This document shows positions 40,370 through 53,310 of a stretch of 64,000 nucleotides of DNA, in pieces. The translations under genes were made by a program, and so were the position numbers. Under the pieces are notes generated by a model that was not told the origin of the DNA, searched no databases, and saw only the letters and a list, made by a program, of their open reading frames with translations. Positions within the stretch are counted from its first letter, which is position 1; the number at the start of each line of letters is the position of its first letter. This DNA is from Callorhinchus milii (lineage: Eukaryota). The stretch spans positions 38,318,001-38,382,000 of the forward strand of contig NW_024704742.1 of the NCBI RefSeq assembly GCF_018977255.1, given 5' to 3'.

Positions 40370-41130
40370 ATATGTCGGGAGTCGCTCGGGCGCACGGTTT
40401 TGAGTTTGTATTGGGGGTCGGTAGATGATCTGTGGCTTTGAAAACTTGTTGTTCGAAAAACCATAACGCGCCGAGAAAGCGTCCGGTTTGCGATTTCGGG
40501 ATTTCGTTTCGCAAGTGCGTGTTTCCTGTTGAGTTTTTTTTTTTTGCGCGGTTTTTTCGTATTATTTTTTTTCCCCCCCGTGTGTGTGTGTGTGTGTGTG
40601 TGTGACCCAGTCTCGCCGGGAGAGGCCCTGCCTTTTCTCTGGAAATGTGATGACGAGGTGAAAATGGCGGACCTTTCGAAATGCAATCCTCTCCGCGGCG
40701 ACAACCCGCCCCGGCGGAGCCTGCGACCCCCGCCCCGCCCGCCCGCCCGCCGGGAGAGGCACAGCCCCGGGCGGCCGGGGGGGACCGCAGGGGGGGGGGG
40801 GGGGAGGGGGGAGAGTCGCTCCTCCATCCCACCCCCCACCCCCCCACGACGCCCTAAGCGCCGTCGGGTGTCAAGTTGTGCTGCAAAGGCACCAGCCCCC
40901 GAGGTGCAGAGACGGGCCCTGCAATCTTGTGTGTGTGTGTGTGTGTGTCTGTGTGTGTGTGTTTTTTTTTCTTCTTCAAGGTCTGTCTAGACGTGGCTTT
41001 TTCTTAAAGACACAGCTATCCACGTTTCACCCCCACACACAGAGGTTACGCTTCGAAGCCGAGAGCCGTGTGATGTGCGCGCTGCCCCTCGGGATGGCCC
41101 CCAACCAATTCCATTTGTTCCGCGCGCGAT
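40370..41130 (+). promoter_or_regulatory. Second CpG-rich block in the LIN54 5' region (possible alternative promoter)
   Basis: CpG-dense; E2F-like TTTTGCGCG near 40542-40550; YY1 AAAATGGCGG at 40661-40670; GC boxes. Confidence 0.45.
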
Positions 41131-42499
41131 GAAGGTGACATCGAAGCGCTTTTTCATAGTGCGCCGTTAACTTTTCTCGCAGAACCGAAAGCTCTTAATC
41201 GGCAAACGCCTGGCCAGCTTTGCAGTTTATCAACCGTTCCGTTAAGTGCTTCACTTAGTTTGTAAACTGAAACTAAGATGCCTTTGGAAAGCGCGGCTGT
41301 GTGACCGTCCTGCCCGCCTGCCTGCCCCCCAGCCAATTTTTAATGTAAACCTCATTATGTTGCAGCAGATCCGTCATCCGATACAATGAAACCCTTCGCC
41401 TCTTTTCCTACACAGTGAATTTTTATGGCATTTTCAGAATTGGTTGTTGCAGCTTGATCCAAACTGCTCAATACAATAATCCTTTTAAGTATACGATTCG
41501 TGGCACATTTGAGTCGAGTGCAAATATTTTGGTACAGGATCAGTATTAGCAATTGGATGTTTTGGTGAACAGACAGAGTGATCTCTTTGACATGTATTAA
41601 ACGGATGTTATTACTTCATTGTGAAATTCTGGCTATGGCTTAGTTCCAATCTTCGGTCGGAATACTCTGCCTTACTGGAGAGGGACCATAACAAATTAGT
41701 ACTGCAATAGAGACTACATCTGCTGCTTTTACTATGCTTTTTGTGCACCTATTTTTGCAAATATAAGTCAAAATGCTTTATAGTAGGAACCTGAGTGCCA
41801 AAGTGGGCTAAAGTATTGCCCTTCCGCTTTGGAACCTTCAAATTTACTCCAGATTTTTAGGACAGAGATCTCCCTCAAAGCTATAATGCCATATACTACT
41901 GTACTTATGTTGTGAAATAATGTAGAACTGCTTCAAATAGAAGAAGTTGTGCTAGATCCTGAGATGTTGCTGTATAGTTGTTTTCCCTGTTAACGCTGAG
42001 GGCTAAAATTCACTGTTAACAAGTTTAAAAACACACATGCATAGTTTAAGTTTATGGATTACGACTTCAGCTTCTCCTATTTTGGAACGACTATACAAAG
42101 ACTGAAACAGCATCAAAAATGGCGCTCTTTAAAACCTACCTCACTTAATTTCCATTGTAACACTACTGCCATAGGCGAAGCTACAATATAATTACAGAAT
42201 AAAAAATCGTGTGAGAAATAAGTTTGCCCAGTATTAAATCAGTTAGATCATAACTGGTTGTTGCAGGAACTAGATATTTCATTGTCTCAATAGTGGTGCT
42301 CTTCTGAATTTTGTGGATAATGCTAAAAGCGCCAGCATTTATTTCCCATCCCTGGTTGCCCCCAAGAAAGTGATGATGGGCATGTATATTGCTGCAATGG
42401 TGCTTCTATGATGTTGTGTAGGAAATCTAGCATTTTGATCAGTTGAACATGAGGGAAAGGCAATATATGACCAAGTCAAGCTGATTAAGAAAAGGCTAT

Positions 42500-43600
42500 T
42501 TAGCGCACCCTGTGTATAACATTAGCTCTGCCAACGTGACATCTAATTACATTTTGAATAATCGTAGCGTTTTCCCTTTATTGGTAGATTATTATATACT
42601 TCAATAAGGTTTTTCTTTCTCTTGTCTCCTCCCCCTCCATTCAATTTTCTTCTTTTTGAATCGTAAAGCACCTTTTTTTATTGCTTTCCTTTCTGTTAAT
42701 TTGTGATCCAGCGCCTTGGGACGTCCTCCCGAAAGGTGCTATGCAAATATAAATTTGTATTGTGATTAGCCCCGGTGTTCTACCTGTACCTTTCCTAATT
42801 CAATTGATTTCTGTGGCATTGTGACCAAGCTGAAAATTCATTATTCTAGGTGTGGCCTGGCCGATGCTTTCTAAAGTCTTACCATAATTTAAATAGGGCT
42901 GCACTTTACTGTTCTGTCTATATATTCTAGCATTTATTGGCTCTTTAAATTGTTATACCACACTGTCTTGTCATATTAACCTCTTCTGTATATTTATACC
43001 CCTTCACCTAGGTGTAATAGTTTTCTGTTTAGGTGTGTTAACTTTCACTTGTCCAGTGTTTGCATTACTGGATAACTGATCAAAATTATTTTGCTTGTTG
43101 CATCCTTTGCCTATTTCTCCTCTTATTTTTGTGATTCTGATTAATTTGCAACTTATTGTTGGTTTCAGTTTCGGTTAATTCTATTTTAGGGGTCGTTGTA
43201 GACCAGAAGAAATAAGAGTCCAAGCGCTGAATTTTTGGTGTCTCCATTAATTACTTGTAACCAGTATAATCTCTTTTCTATTAGCAACAAGATTCTTATC
43301 CAGTTCGATGGCCTACTCTGGATTCTTGTGGGTTTTGATTTGTTAGTCTGTTATGAGGAGCTGTGCCAAAACCTTAAAGTTGAAATAAACAAGATTATAA
43401 GAAGTGCCTTTTTCTGTTACATTAACAAAGGAATTGAGGTTTGTTATATGAAAAATCTTTCTCCTAAATCCTTGCTGACTATTTTTCTTATCAAGTTGCT
43501 GCTGTACAGAACTTCAGACTAATGGTTGGAATATTATCTTTTGTTATATGTTGGATTACTGGCCCTGAATTTACCAGGGGGAATTTTAATGCTATTCTTC
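42500..43600 (-). mobile_element. Very old CR1-like remnant
   Basis: Degenerate CR1 C-terminal/RT-like sequence (e.g. tattctaggtgtggcctggcc). Confidence 0.45.
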
Positions 43601-43619
43601 AATGAAAGATACAAGAGAT

Positions 43620-44045
43620 AATAACAACAATCCTTAATTTGCTATAACACCTTTCACATAGTGAGGACATCCCAAAGTGTTTTACAGGATATATTGTAAA
43701 GTTTAGTGATTGTGTTTTGTGGATGAACGCAGCAGCCAATTTACACATACCAGTGTCCCACAAATGGCCATGAGTGAATGTCCAATTTTGTTTGGGGGAC
43801 TGTTGTTGGTTAGGATACCAGAGAAACTCCCTTCACTTTTCAAGTAGTGTCATTGGATCCTTAATGTCCACCTGTCTAGGCAGACGGGGCCTCGGTTTAA
43901 TGTCTCATCTGAAGGATGAAATCTCCAACAATGCCACACTGCATTGCAGTATCAGCTAATACTATGTGATTCCAAGTGCTAACAAGGGGTTATTCCATAA
44001 TCTTCTGACTCAGAGGCGAGAGTGCTACTACCTGAGCCATCACAA
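43620..44045 (-). mobile_element. Older DeuSINE-like copy
   Basis: cagacggggcctcggtttaatgtctcatctgaaggat is the reverse complement of the Deu-like core. Confidence 0.75.
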
Positions 44046-45511
44046 GGAGTGGATGGGTTTGTAGGAGAGGGTGAGAACATTAAAATTGATCCCCGGGGAG
44101 CTAAGGAATCAGTGGAGCCTGGGAACTCGAGGGATGGGTGAGCCGAATTTAGTGCAGGTGAAGATGCGGACAATGGCATTTTGAAGGAGTTGCACCTTAT
44201 GAGTAGTGGAGGTAGGGAGACCAGGACGTTAGAAAGCAACAACTGCTTGCCCTTCAAAGGAAATAGTGTTTCCGAGAGATTTCTAGGATATAGAAAAGTG
44301 GGATGTAACAAAATCATCAATAAATGTTTTGGCAGCATTAGGTGTGATATAGAGGAGGAGGTGAAGGCAAATGATCTTGGTGAGGAATCGGAGGTGAGGG
44401 GGAAAGGAGAATTGAGGATTGAACTGGATGCAAGAATAATTATGCTTTGCATCTCTGGGTAAGATTGTCCTAAATTTGCAATTCTAACATTAACGTTTTA
44501 ACCTCCTTTGGGAGATTTCTGTATGTCTTCCAAATCTTGCTCCCTCCTTTACAATTTATTCTTGATGACCTTTTAATTGACCTATTCATTCATTTTGAAC
44601 ATGGTTTATTTTCTTACCCTCAAATGTTAGGCATATGCTGTCCTTGAAATGTATTTATCTTATTCATTAATCCCATTTCTAGCCAAATACACTAGCTTTT
44701 TGAAGGAGTTAGTCAATCAATACAATAGTAGAGTTTCAATCTGGATGTACTCTGGTGTACTTGATGTGGCTGAGTATTAGGCTTAAATGCAAAGCACTGA
44801 TATCCTTTATATTCCAGTCCTCACAGGTTGGCAGGAGCCAAGGTTTGGGGACCCCAGATTGTGCATTGGGGTACTTTGGGGTCTGACCAGCTACAGCCGC
44901 ATAGCTTGCCATTGATATTTCAAGCTTTCCCGCTGCTTGCCCAGCTAGGACCACCCACCCATTAGGGCTTTGGTTTGCAGGGTTAACAGGAGTTAAATGG
45001 GAATTAGGTTTCTGGAATTAGGCAAGTGGTCGCTTCAGGGAGAGAGAGCACATTCCATTCCAACAATCTATCTCTGCTATTTCCATGCGTAGGTGGGATG
45101 CATGGAAATCTCAGGTTGGTTTGGATCCTCTTAAGCATGGTGATGGGTTTTTGCATGTATCAGATATCCAACTGATCAAAAAAAATCATAGAAGAGTCCA
45201 AATGAGGGTTGGAAATTGGACTGCAGGGTGAATCTCTACTCTTCAGATAGGAAAGGGGGTAAGAGAATCCTGCCTAATTTCCTCTGTTCTGTTCTTTGAG
45301 AGAGCAAGATAAAAATTAAACTGTCCATTTGTTGCTGTGGTTAGATTTGTTTGAGTTGAATTGGCTTGCCATGCTTAATAGTTTTTCCTTGTGACTGCAA
45401 AGAATAACATAGACCACATTAGCAGAAAAACAAAGGACTGAGATAAAAGGAAATGAATAGAAGGGTTATTCTGATGAAAGATAAATAATCCTAACTTTGT
45501 GGTAACAAAAG

Positions 45512-45960
45512 ATAATAATCTTTGCATTTGATATAGAGCTTCTCACGTCTTCTAGACGTCTCAAAGTACTTCACAGAATATACTGTAAATAATAATAATA
45601 ATAATCCTTGCATTTGATATAGCGCTTTTCACGTCGGGAGGACGTCCCAAAGCGCTTCACAGAATAACTGTAAAGTGAATTGACTGTATATTTATGGGTG
45701 AAACGCAGCAGCTAATTGCAAACAGCAGTGTCCCACAAACAGTCGTGGATTGAGTGACCAAATTATTATTTCTTTTTTAGGAATTTTTATCCCGGTAAAA
45801 GTGATCCACCAATCGACAAACAATTGGGATCCTATTTACTGCTAGGTAAACAGAGGCGTGTGGAATAAGGAAACTTGCCCAACATTTCGCCCTGCTGGGA
45901 ATCGAGCCCAGGTCTCTCGCTTGCGAGGCAAGTGCTCTAACCACTGAGTTACAGGACTCC
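45512..45960 (-). mobile_element. Full-length young SINE (45588-45960) next to the tail of an older copy (45512-45588)
   Basis: Two (ATT)n tails in tandem; tRNA head ends at 45960. Confidence 0.88.
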
Positions 45961-46574
45961 ACAGCTACAGGATGTGTGATAGAAATAGAAGAAATTGAGG
46001 TATTGAAGTGAAGTTGCAAACTTCGAATAGATTTATCATAAATTTGGTGATACTTTGTGATTAGGCTATAATTGCTGAACTTCAATTTTTTTTAATATTT
46101 AAAATGAGGAAGACAAGTTGCCAAAAATATAATTATATCAAAGAATCTGTGTTGGACTGGTCAAATTGTTTTTTTAAATCATAATTCTGGTTTCCTGAGC
46201 ATTACAAAACATCACTTACAATTGTCAGTCTGGCCCCAAATTTAGAAACTGGAAAGAATACAGCATAGCAATTGGTAGTGGGAGAGAAGGAGCCTTTCTA
46301 TAGCAGCGTTGTTACATCATTCCACAATGTAGTTGTTGTATTGGCTGCTTCAGCGACCTGTTTCATTCAGCACATTCATTCTGGAAAGTCCGAGCTGAAT
46401 TGAATGTCCAATAATAGGTCCCTATAGAAGGCAGTAATTGAATCAAGTCGCATCTGATGACTTCATAAATTTGGAGAACAAAACTTTTACTGGTTATCAA
46501 TATCAGCTGAAGCCTGAGATTGAATTACTATTTTAAATTCACTTCCAGCTATTTATCATTTTCATATCCAAGAT

Positions 46575-48621
46575 ACAACAACAACAAGATTCCATTTATA
46601 AAGCGCCTTTCACGTCAGGAGGACGTCCCAAGGCGCTGCACAGTTGGGTCATGACCCGAGCAGGGGGGAAATGGTCAGGGTGAGGGGAGGGAAGGGAGGG
46701 AGCGAGGAGGGGGGAAATGGTCAGGGTGAGGGGAGGGAAGGGAGGGAGCGAGGAGGGGGAAGAGAGTCGAGAGGGGAGCTGAAGGCTCGGTCAAAGAGAA
46801 AGGTTTTGAGACCGGCCTTGAAGGAGGAAAGGGAGGAAGCGGCGAAGGCACTGGGGGATGGAGTTCCAGAGCCTGGGGCTGAGAGGCTGAAGGCCCGACC
46901 ACCGATGGTAGGGCGGTTGGGGCGGGGGACGTGGAGCAGACCGGAGCCAGAGGAACGGAGGGTACGGGCAGGTAGGTAGGGGGATAGTAGGTTGGAGAGG
47001 TAGGAGGGAGCAAGGCCGTGAATGGCCTTGTAGGTGAGGATGAGGATCTTGAAATCAATCCTCTGGGGGATGGGGAGCCAGTGGAGGCGAGCGAGGGTGG
47101 GAGTGATGTGGTCCCGAAGCCTGGTGCGGGACAGTACACGAGCTGCAGAGTTCTGAATGACCTGCAGCTTGTGGAGGGAGGTGGCGGGAAGGCCGGCGAG
47201 GAGAGAGTTCCCATAGTCCAGCCTTGAGGTGACAAAGGCGTGAACCAGGGTTTCAGCAGCGTGAGGGGTGAGGTAGTGCCGTAGTCTGGCGATATTCCGG
47301 AGGTGATGGAAGGCGGTGCCAGTTGTGGTGCGGATGTGAGGGAGAAAGGACAGCTCAGGGTCGAACAAAACGCCGAGGTTCCTGACTGGCTTTGAGAGGT
47401 GGAGAGTGCAGCCTTGGATGCTGATGGTGTCAGCGCCTGAGGTGCGGAGGCGCTGACGTGAGCCAATCAGGAGGGCCTCGGTTTTTCGCACGTTGAGCTG
47501 AAGAAAGTTGTCTCTCGTCCAGGACTCGATGTCGGACAGGCAGGCTGTCAGGACATCGGTGGTCGTGGAGTTGAGAGTAGAGGAGGAAAGGTAGAGTTGG
47601 GTGTCATCCGCATACATGTGGAAGTTAACTCCATGTCTGCGGATGATGTCACCGAGGGGGAGCATATAGAGGGTGAAGAGGAGGGGACCGAGGACAGAGC
47701 CCTGAGGGACACCACATGAGACAGTACGGGGGGTGGAGGAGAAGCCATTCGTCGAGACAAAGTGAAGACGGTGAGAAAGGTACGACCTAAACCATTCAAG
47801 GACAGTGCCTTGAAGGTTGAGGTGGGAGGACAAGCGGTGGAGTAGGATAGCGTGGTCGACCGTATCGAATGCTGCCGATAGGTCGAGGAGGACGAGGAGA
47901 CAGAGGGAGCCCTGGTCACAGATGGTCAGGATATCATTGGTGACCTTGACCAGGGCAGTTTCTGTGCTATGAGCAGCACGGAAACCTGACTGAAGGGGTT
48001 CGAAAAGAGAATGGGTGGAAAGGAAAGAGCGCAGTTGGGAGGCGACAACTCTTTCCAAGACCTTGGAGAGAAAGGGGAGGTTGGAGATGGGCCGGTAGCT
48101 TGATAGCTGCGACGCATCAAGGGAGGGTTTTTTCAGGGTGGGCGTGATGATGGCAGTTTTTAATGGAATGGGGACAGAGCCAGAGGAGAGGGACAGGTTT
48201 ATGATGTCAGTGATATGTGGGGCAAGAAAGTGGAGCTGGGAGATAAGGAGTGGAGTGGGGATGGGGTCAAGGGAGCAGGTGGTTGGTTTTAGGGATAGGA
48301 TGAGTTCAGTGACAGAGGGTGGGGAAACGGGTACGAAGGTGTGTAGGGGAGGATGGGTAGGAGTCGGAGTGTGGGAGGGAAGGGGTGGGTGGTGGGTGGA
48401 AGTTGGAGGGGAAGTGACCGCGGAGCGGATTCCCTTGATCTTGGATTCAAGGAAATCCAGCATCTCCTCGCAGTGAAGGTTGGAGGAGATGACCTGCGCG
48501 GGGTGGCGGGGGGACGGAGGAGTCGGGTTGTGGTGGAAAACAGTAGCCTGGGGTTGTTCTTCGCCTCCAGGATTATCCTGGAGTAGAAGGACGACTTGGC
48601 CGAGGCTAGAGTGGAGCGGTA
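46575..48621 (-). mobile_element. Young 5'-truncated L2 LINE with an essentially intact reverse transcriptase frame
   Basis: ORF 46721..48784 has [41 protein letters not shown] and YADDTQLY; 46-bp tandem duplication in the 3' region (46662-46753); (TTG)n tail. Confidence 0.96.
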
Positions 48622-48769
48622 AAATAGGAGATAGGAAGAAGTTGCATTTTATAGCACCCAGATTTAGAGAAATGCGAAAGAAGGAATCTCTGGGATATCG
48701 GAAGGGTAGGTTAGTTGGAATGACAGTAATTTTGTGTGTCAAGCTGCCATAGTTGATAGCACATTCTCG

Positions 48770-49130
48770 CCTCTGAGTCAGCATTTTGAACTTGTATAGT
48801 CCAAGCTAACACTTCATTATGTTCTGTGGATTGGGCTGCATTGTTGGTAGTGTCATTCTTTCAAATGAGGTGTTAAACCAAAGTCCTGTCAGCCTGTTTA
48901 GGGGAATGTAAAAGATCCCATGGCACTAAAAGAGAAGGGAGGTTCTACCAGGAACAGCCAACAATTTCCCAGTGTCCTGACCAACAGACTCCTTGATAAA
49001 GTTGGTCATTCACTTCACAGATGTTTGTGGATGTTCCTGAGTGCAAATTGGCTACTGTGTTTTCTGGAAAATGCAGATTTGCTGCGCGTTGCAGTGGATC
49101 CCATGAAGTGTTTTGAGACTGAAGAGAAAT
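48770..49130 (+). mobile_element. Older DeuSINE-like copy
   Basis: gtaaaagatcccatggcact core. Confidence 0.7.
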
Positions 49131-49218
49131 TGAATATTTCATGTGAATGTTCACCAAAAGACATAAAAAGTTGGACAATAGTTTCAAGTTGGTTCATTTT
49201 ATCAAGTGGAATTCAACA

Positions 49219-49610
49219 AGTCACTCAGCTCCTGTTAACCCTGCAAGCCAAAGTCCTAATGGGTAGGGTGGTCCTAGCTGGGCAAGTGGCGGGAAAGCTT
49301 GCCAGACCGCAATATCAATGGCAAACTATGCAGTTTTAGCTGGTTAAACTCCAGCAGTACCCCGACACACACTCTGTGGTCTCCAAGCCTTGGCTCTTGC
49401 CAACCTGCGCCTAATACTTTCTGGAATTAGGTAAGCAGGAAGCGTCCCTCCAGGGAGAGAGAGAGAGTGCGCATTCCATTCCACCAATCTACCTCTGGGA
49501 TTTCCGTGTGTAGGTGGGATGTATGGAAATCTCAGCTTGGTTTGAATACTCTTAGCCATGGTAATGGATTTCCACACGTGTCAGACACCCGTCTGACCCA
49601 AAAACAATTC
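49219..49610 (+). repeat. Unclassified structured interspersed repeat (other copies ~2525-2868 minus, ~9440-9920 minus, ~14650-14826 plus, 44822-45185 rearranged, ~58120-58275 plus, ~60040-60535 plus)
   Basis: Shared blocks cagctcctgttaaccctgcaa, tttctggaattagg, cacattccattcc and gtcagacacc..ctgacc followed by an A-rich end. Confidence 0.8.
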
Positions 49611-52143
49611 AACAAGTGAATGAGCGGAATACTGATCAATATTGTGGAGTTGTAGGGTACAAGTCTGATTTTTTGGGTCCTTCGTATGTTTTCTGCTTAA
49701 TTAATATTGTCGAATGATTTCACCTGCCATGTTTCTAGAAACCAACAATTGGAATAATTGGATACAGGGCAGGTGTGAATATTATAGGAAATATTGCCGA
49801 AGAGAAACTTCAGACAAATACGGTAATTTAAATGCTTCCTGTAGTTCTTTGTAAAAGATTTCAGGCCACATCTACAATAGGATTGAATGAGTTTCAATAT
49901 GGATGACCTGTTATTAAGTTGAGGAATGTCAGCATGGGAAATTGAAGTCTTTGTGCCTGTTCTCAGCAGCTCAGGTGTACAACAACAACAACAAGATTTC
50001 ATTTATAGAGCGCCTTGCTCTAGCTCAGACAACCACAGAATAAAGCTTTATTTTCTGTGCTGTAATGATATGACTTATTCAGTGAATCGTAAAAATAGCT
50101 ATTTCTCTTTTGAATATTTCCTATATTAGCCAAACATATGGCCACACTGAGTTAGATTGCTGTATATGTTTTGTTGTGAGCTCTTGCCCTTGGGAGTACA
50201 CAAATTTCTTTAATTTAGAGCTCTTACAATTACCAAAGAATTTTTTTTCAATCCATTGTAGTCAAATAAATTGGACAATGGGTAAATAGGTATAGGTTTG
50301 TGAATACAAAATGATTCAGCCCTAACTATTACTAAACGCTGTCATTTGCTTTGTCTTACGGGTTTTCTTATGAAACAGTGTTTCATGTTGTATCTAAATT
50401 TAATATATGCTGCAATGGCTCACCTTGTGTCTTGCGATCTTGTATTTAACACTTTTAAATATCCAAATGTTAGAACCAGATGTGAACCATAACTTATTTC
50501 ACAACTGAGGCAACTTGTGAAAATGATTAGGAGTAAAATACCTTGTTCGAGTCACAGGAAGAATTTCCAACTTGTTTTATCCACCTCTTATATTGTAAAG
50601 TACTTTCAATGTTTACTACAGTGAACGGTTCTATGCGTTTACAACAACAAGAAGATTACATTTGTATAGTGCCTTTCACGTCGGGAGGACGTCCCAAGGC
50701 ACCATTGCTTCAAGCACATTTTACAGAGAGTTATAAGCTAGTTAAGCACAGCTTCCATTGCTAAGCTGCTAAATAACTTAGGTTTTGCTATACAGTAGCT
50801 GGGTTTTGTTCCATTGGTGCATGGCTTAGCTAAGACCTACTGCGACTGTGGTGTGAACTTTGAGCAGTTTGAAATTTTATGGTATTCTCAGAAATAAACT
50901 GCACTGGAAGCCATCCAGGTAGTAATGTAAACCAAGCTTCACATGAAAGGGGGTGGGGGAGGAACGTTTCCAAGTACATCAAGGGAAATACTGTTCATTT
51001 TCAATCGGTTTTCTTCTTGTCCTTTCTGATGCACCAGCATAAATCCCTGGTGAGATCTGACTGCAGAAAGGAGTAATGTGAGATTGCTTTCTTGCCAGCT
51101 CAACACGAGTACACCATTGTTCCTGTGCATAGTGATAGCAGGGGCCTTTCACTACTCGGTGCAGAAGAAATATTCATCTTTAAGATTGGGTAGCATTTTG
51201 TACCGCTTCATGCATCTAATTTAACTGCAGCTCTTGAGCTGAGTAGAATATGGTTACTTTGAGGCCTCCGTTTTCTTTTAATTCTCAAAGGATTCACAGG
51301 TATACTGCACTTCCTCTTTTCTTAAAGCACTGGAGGATCTTGCCAGTATGTAATGAAAATTATGCCGCAGAACCCACGTGCAGATTCTCACATCCATTTC
51401 AATATTCAGTAGGTTTATCGGAGATACTGGTATCATTTATAGCAAGTGTAAAATTGATCCAAACCTTTTCTAGAAACCTTTAAGATGGGCGCATTCTACC
51501 TTTCTCCCCCTGTGGAGCAGTGACCGTCCTCAGTTTTGTATTGCCCCACATCAGCATTGTTGATCAGTATTTTGTCTATAGTGTGTGAGGGATTGCGTTG
51601 CAAGCCTGAATCAATCCTGCCACTCTTTGCTACTGGAGTCCCTTTGTACATTGTTTTTCTTATTGTTGTTGAAGCTTATGTTTATTGACCTTTTATCTTG
51701 GACTTTCAACCTCTGAAGATGAAAAAAACATGAGGGTGTAGATCCTTAATGAATTTGACTGGCGTAACATTTCCAAACTCAGTAAATAGTCACTTAGAAA
51801 ATTGCATTTGGCTGGTGCTGGGAAACATCCACTTGTCACTGTAGTTATATACCTTGCTTTTTTGGAAGAAATCGAAACTGTGATGTCAGATACCCTGTTG
51901 TCAACTATAGCTTAATTATGGCTTCATGAAATGTCAAGTCTGTGTGTCTCTGGAATGTGATCTGGAAATGAATTAAGTCTGTTGGGTTGAATGAATAGTG
52001 ACAGCCCCGCCTGTTGCAGCGGGTGTTGCGTTGTGAGAAGCTGATCAACCAAAGCATGGTTCTTTCATTTGAGACAAACTTGTTTTTAATGTTTCCCTTT
52101 TGTTACAGTGACCAAGTCTTCACAAGTTACCTGTGATTTTAAA

Positions 52144-52803
52144 ATGGAGGTGGTATCCGCTGAAGTCAATAGCCTGCTTCCTGAGGAGATAATGGACACG
52201 ACGCTTGTGGAAGATGACAGCATTGAGGTCGTGGCCGTTACGTCACAGCATGCGGAGCCGATTCCTATGGAAACTGAACGTGGAGAAATTGAAGACCCAG
52301 TCCAAATACAGAACTCCCAAGTTCCATCAAGTGTGACAGATCATGTCGCCATGTTGACAAATAACGCTACTCCGCTGATCTTAAGTGAACCCAATATAAA
52401 AATGGAAGTTAATACTGACATTGTATCAAAGACCACTGGGAAGGGTAGCCTCATGAGCAGCACCACTGCTGGGATGAATGTAACTTTAGCAGCTAATCAG
52501 ATTCTTCTTAAACCAATAACTGAGCCCTCTGATCAAAAATTCAACCAGGCTATCAAATGTGAGGCAGCAGGACAACAGCTGGTAGTGACAACTCTTGGAA
52601 AATCCCGGCAGTCCATTGTACTTTCATTACCACCAAATCAAGCATCCCACCCACAGCAGGTCTTGTCTCAAACCCAGGTTGCAGACTTGAAACAAATTAA
52701 AGTAGTTACTCTCGGTGGAAGATCTGAGATAAAGTCTATAGTTGGAGCATCAAATGCATTGGGTTCAGTTCAGCCTGCACAAAGTCAGATGAAAACTGTA
52801 CAG
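52144..52803 (+). CDS. LIN54: LIN54 first coding exon (exon starts at 52109; MEVVSAEVNSLLPEEIMDT...QMKTVQ, 220 codons)
   Basis: N-terminus matches vertebrate LIN54 (MEVVPAEVNSLLPEEIMDT), also TTLGKS and QIKVVT motifs; ttacag acceptor ending 52108; CAG|GTAAGA donor. Confidence 0.95.
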
Positions 52804-52960
52804 GTAAGAAATGTCTGCAATGAATTTCCTTTGTTTGTAATACCTCTGGTGCACAGTACAACAAGAACAACATTACACTTATATAGTGCCTTTCACGTAG
52901 GCTGACGTCTTGAAGCACTGTCAGTGGTGGGGTTGGACACCAAGGCTTACTTGAGAGTAA

Positions 52961-53310
52961 ATAGCTCAGTGGTTAGAGCACTCGCCTCGCAAGCGAGAGG
53001 ACCTGGGTTTGATTCCCAGCCCAGCGAAACGTTGGACAAGTTTTCTTACTCCGCAGTAAGTAGGAACCCGGTTGTTAGTCGATTGGTGGATCGCTTTTCT
53101 GTGGGTAATAATCCCTTCTAATAAATAAATAATAATAATTTGGTCATTCAATCCACGACTGTTTGTGGGACACTGTTGTGCCCAATTGGCTGCCACGTTT
53201 CGTCCACAAAATATATACAGTCAATTCACTTTACAGTATATTCTGTGAAGCGCTTTGAGACGTCTCGAAGACGTGATAAGGCGCTATATAAAATGCAAGG
53301 ATTATTATTA
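52961..53310 (+). mobile_element. Young tRNA-head SINE just downstream of the first LIN54 coding exon
   Basis: Head, body and tail with TCGAA loop. Confidence 0.9.

Noticed and set aside
38236..40990. Long overlapping ORFs (315 aa, 211 aa, 224 aa etc.) in the LIN54 CpG island
   Set aside because: Low-complexity GC-rich and microsatellite translations with no recognisable domain; stop-codon scarcity is expected here
48622..48784. N-terminal part of the 687-aa ORF
   Set aside because: Lies outside the L2 homology (chance open flank); the ORF is a 5'-truncated LINE, not a host gene
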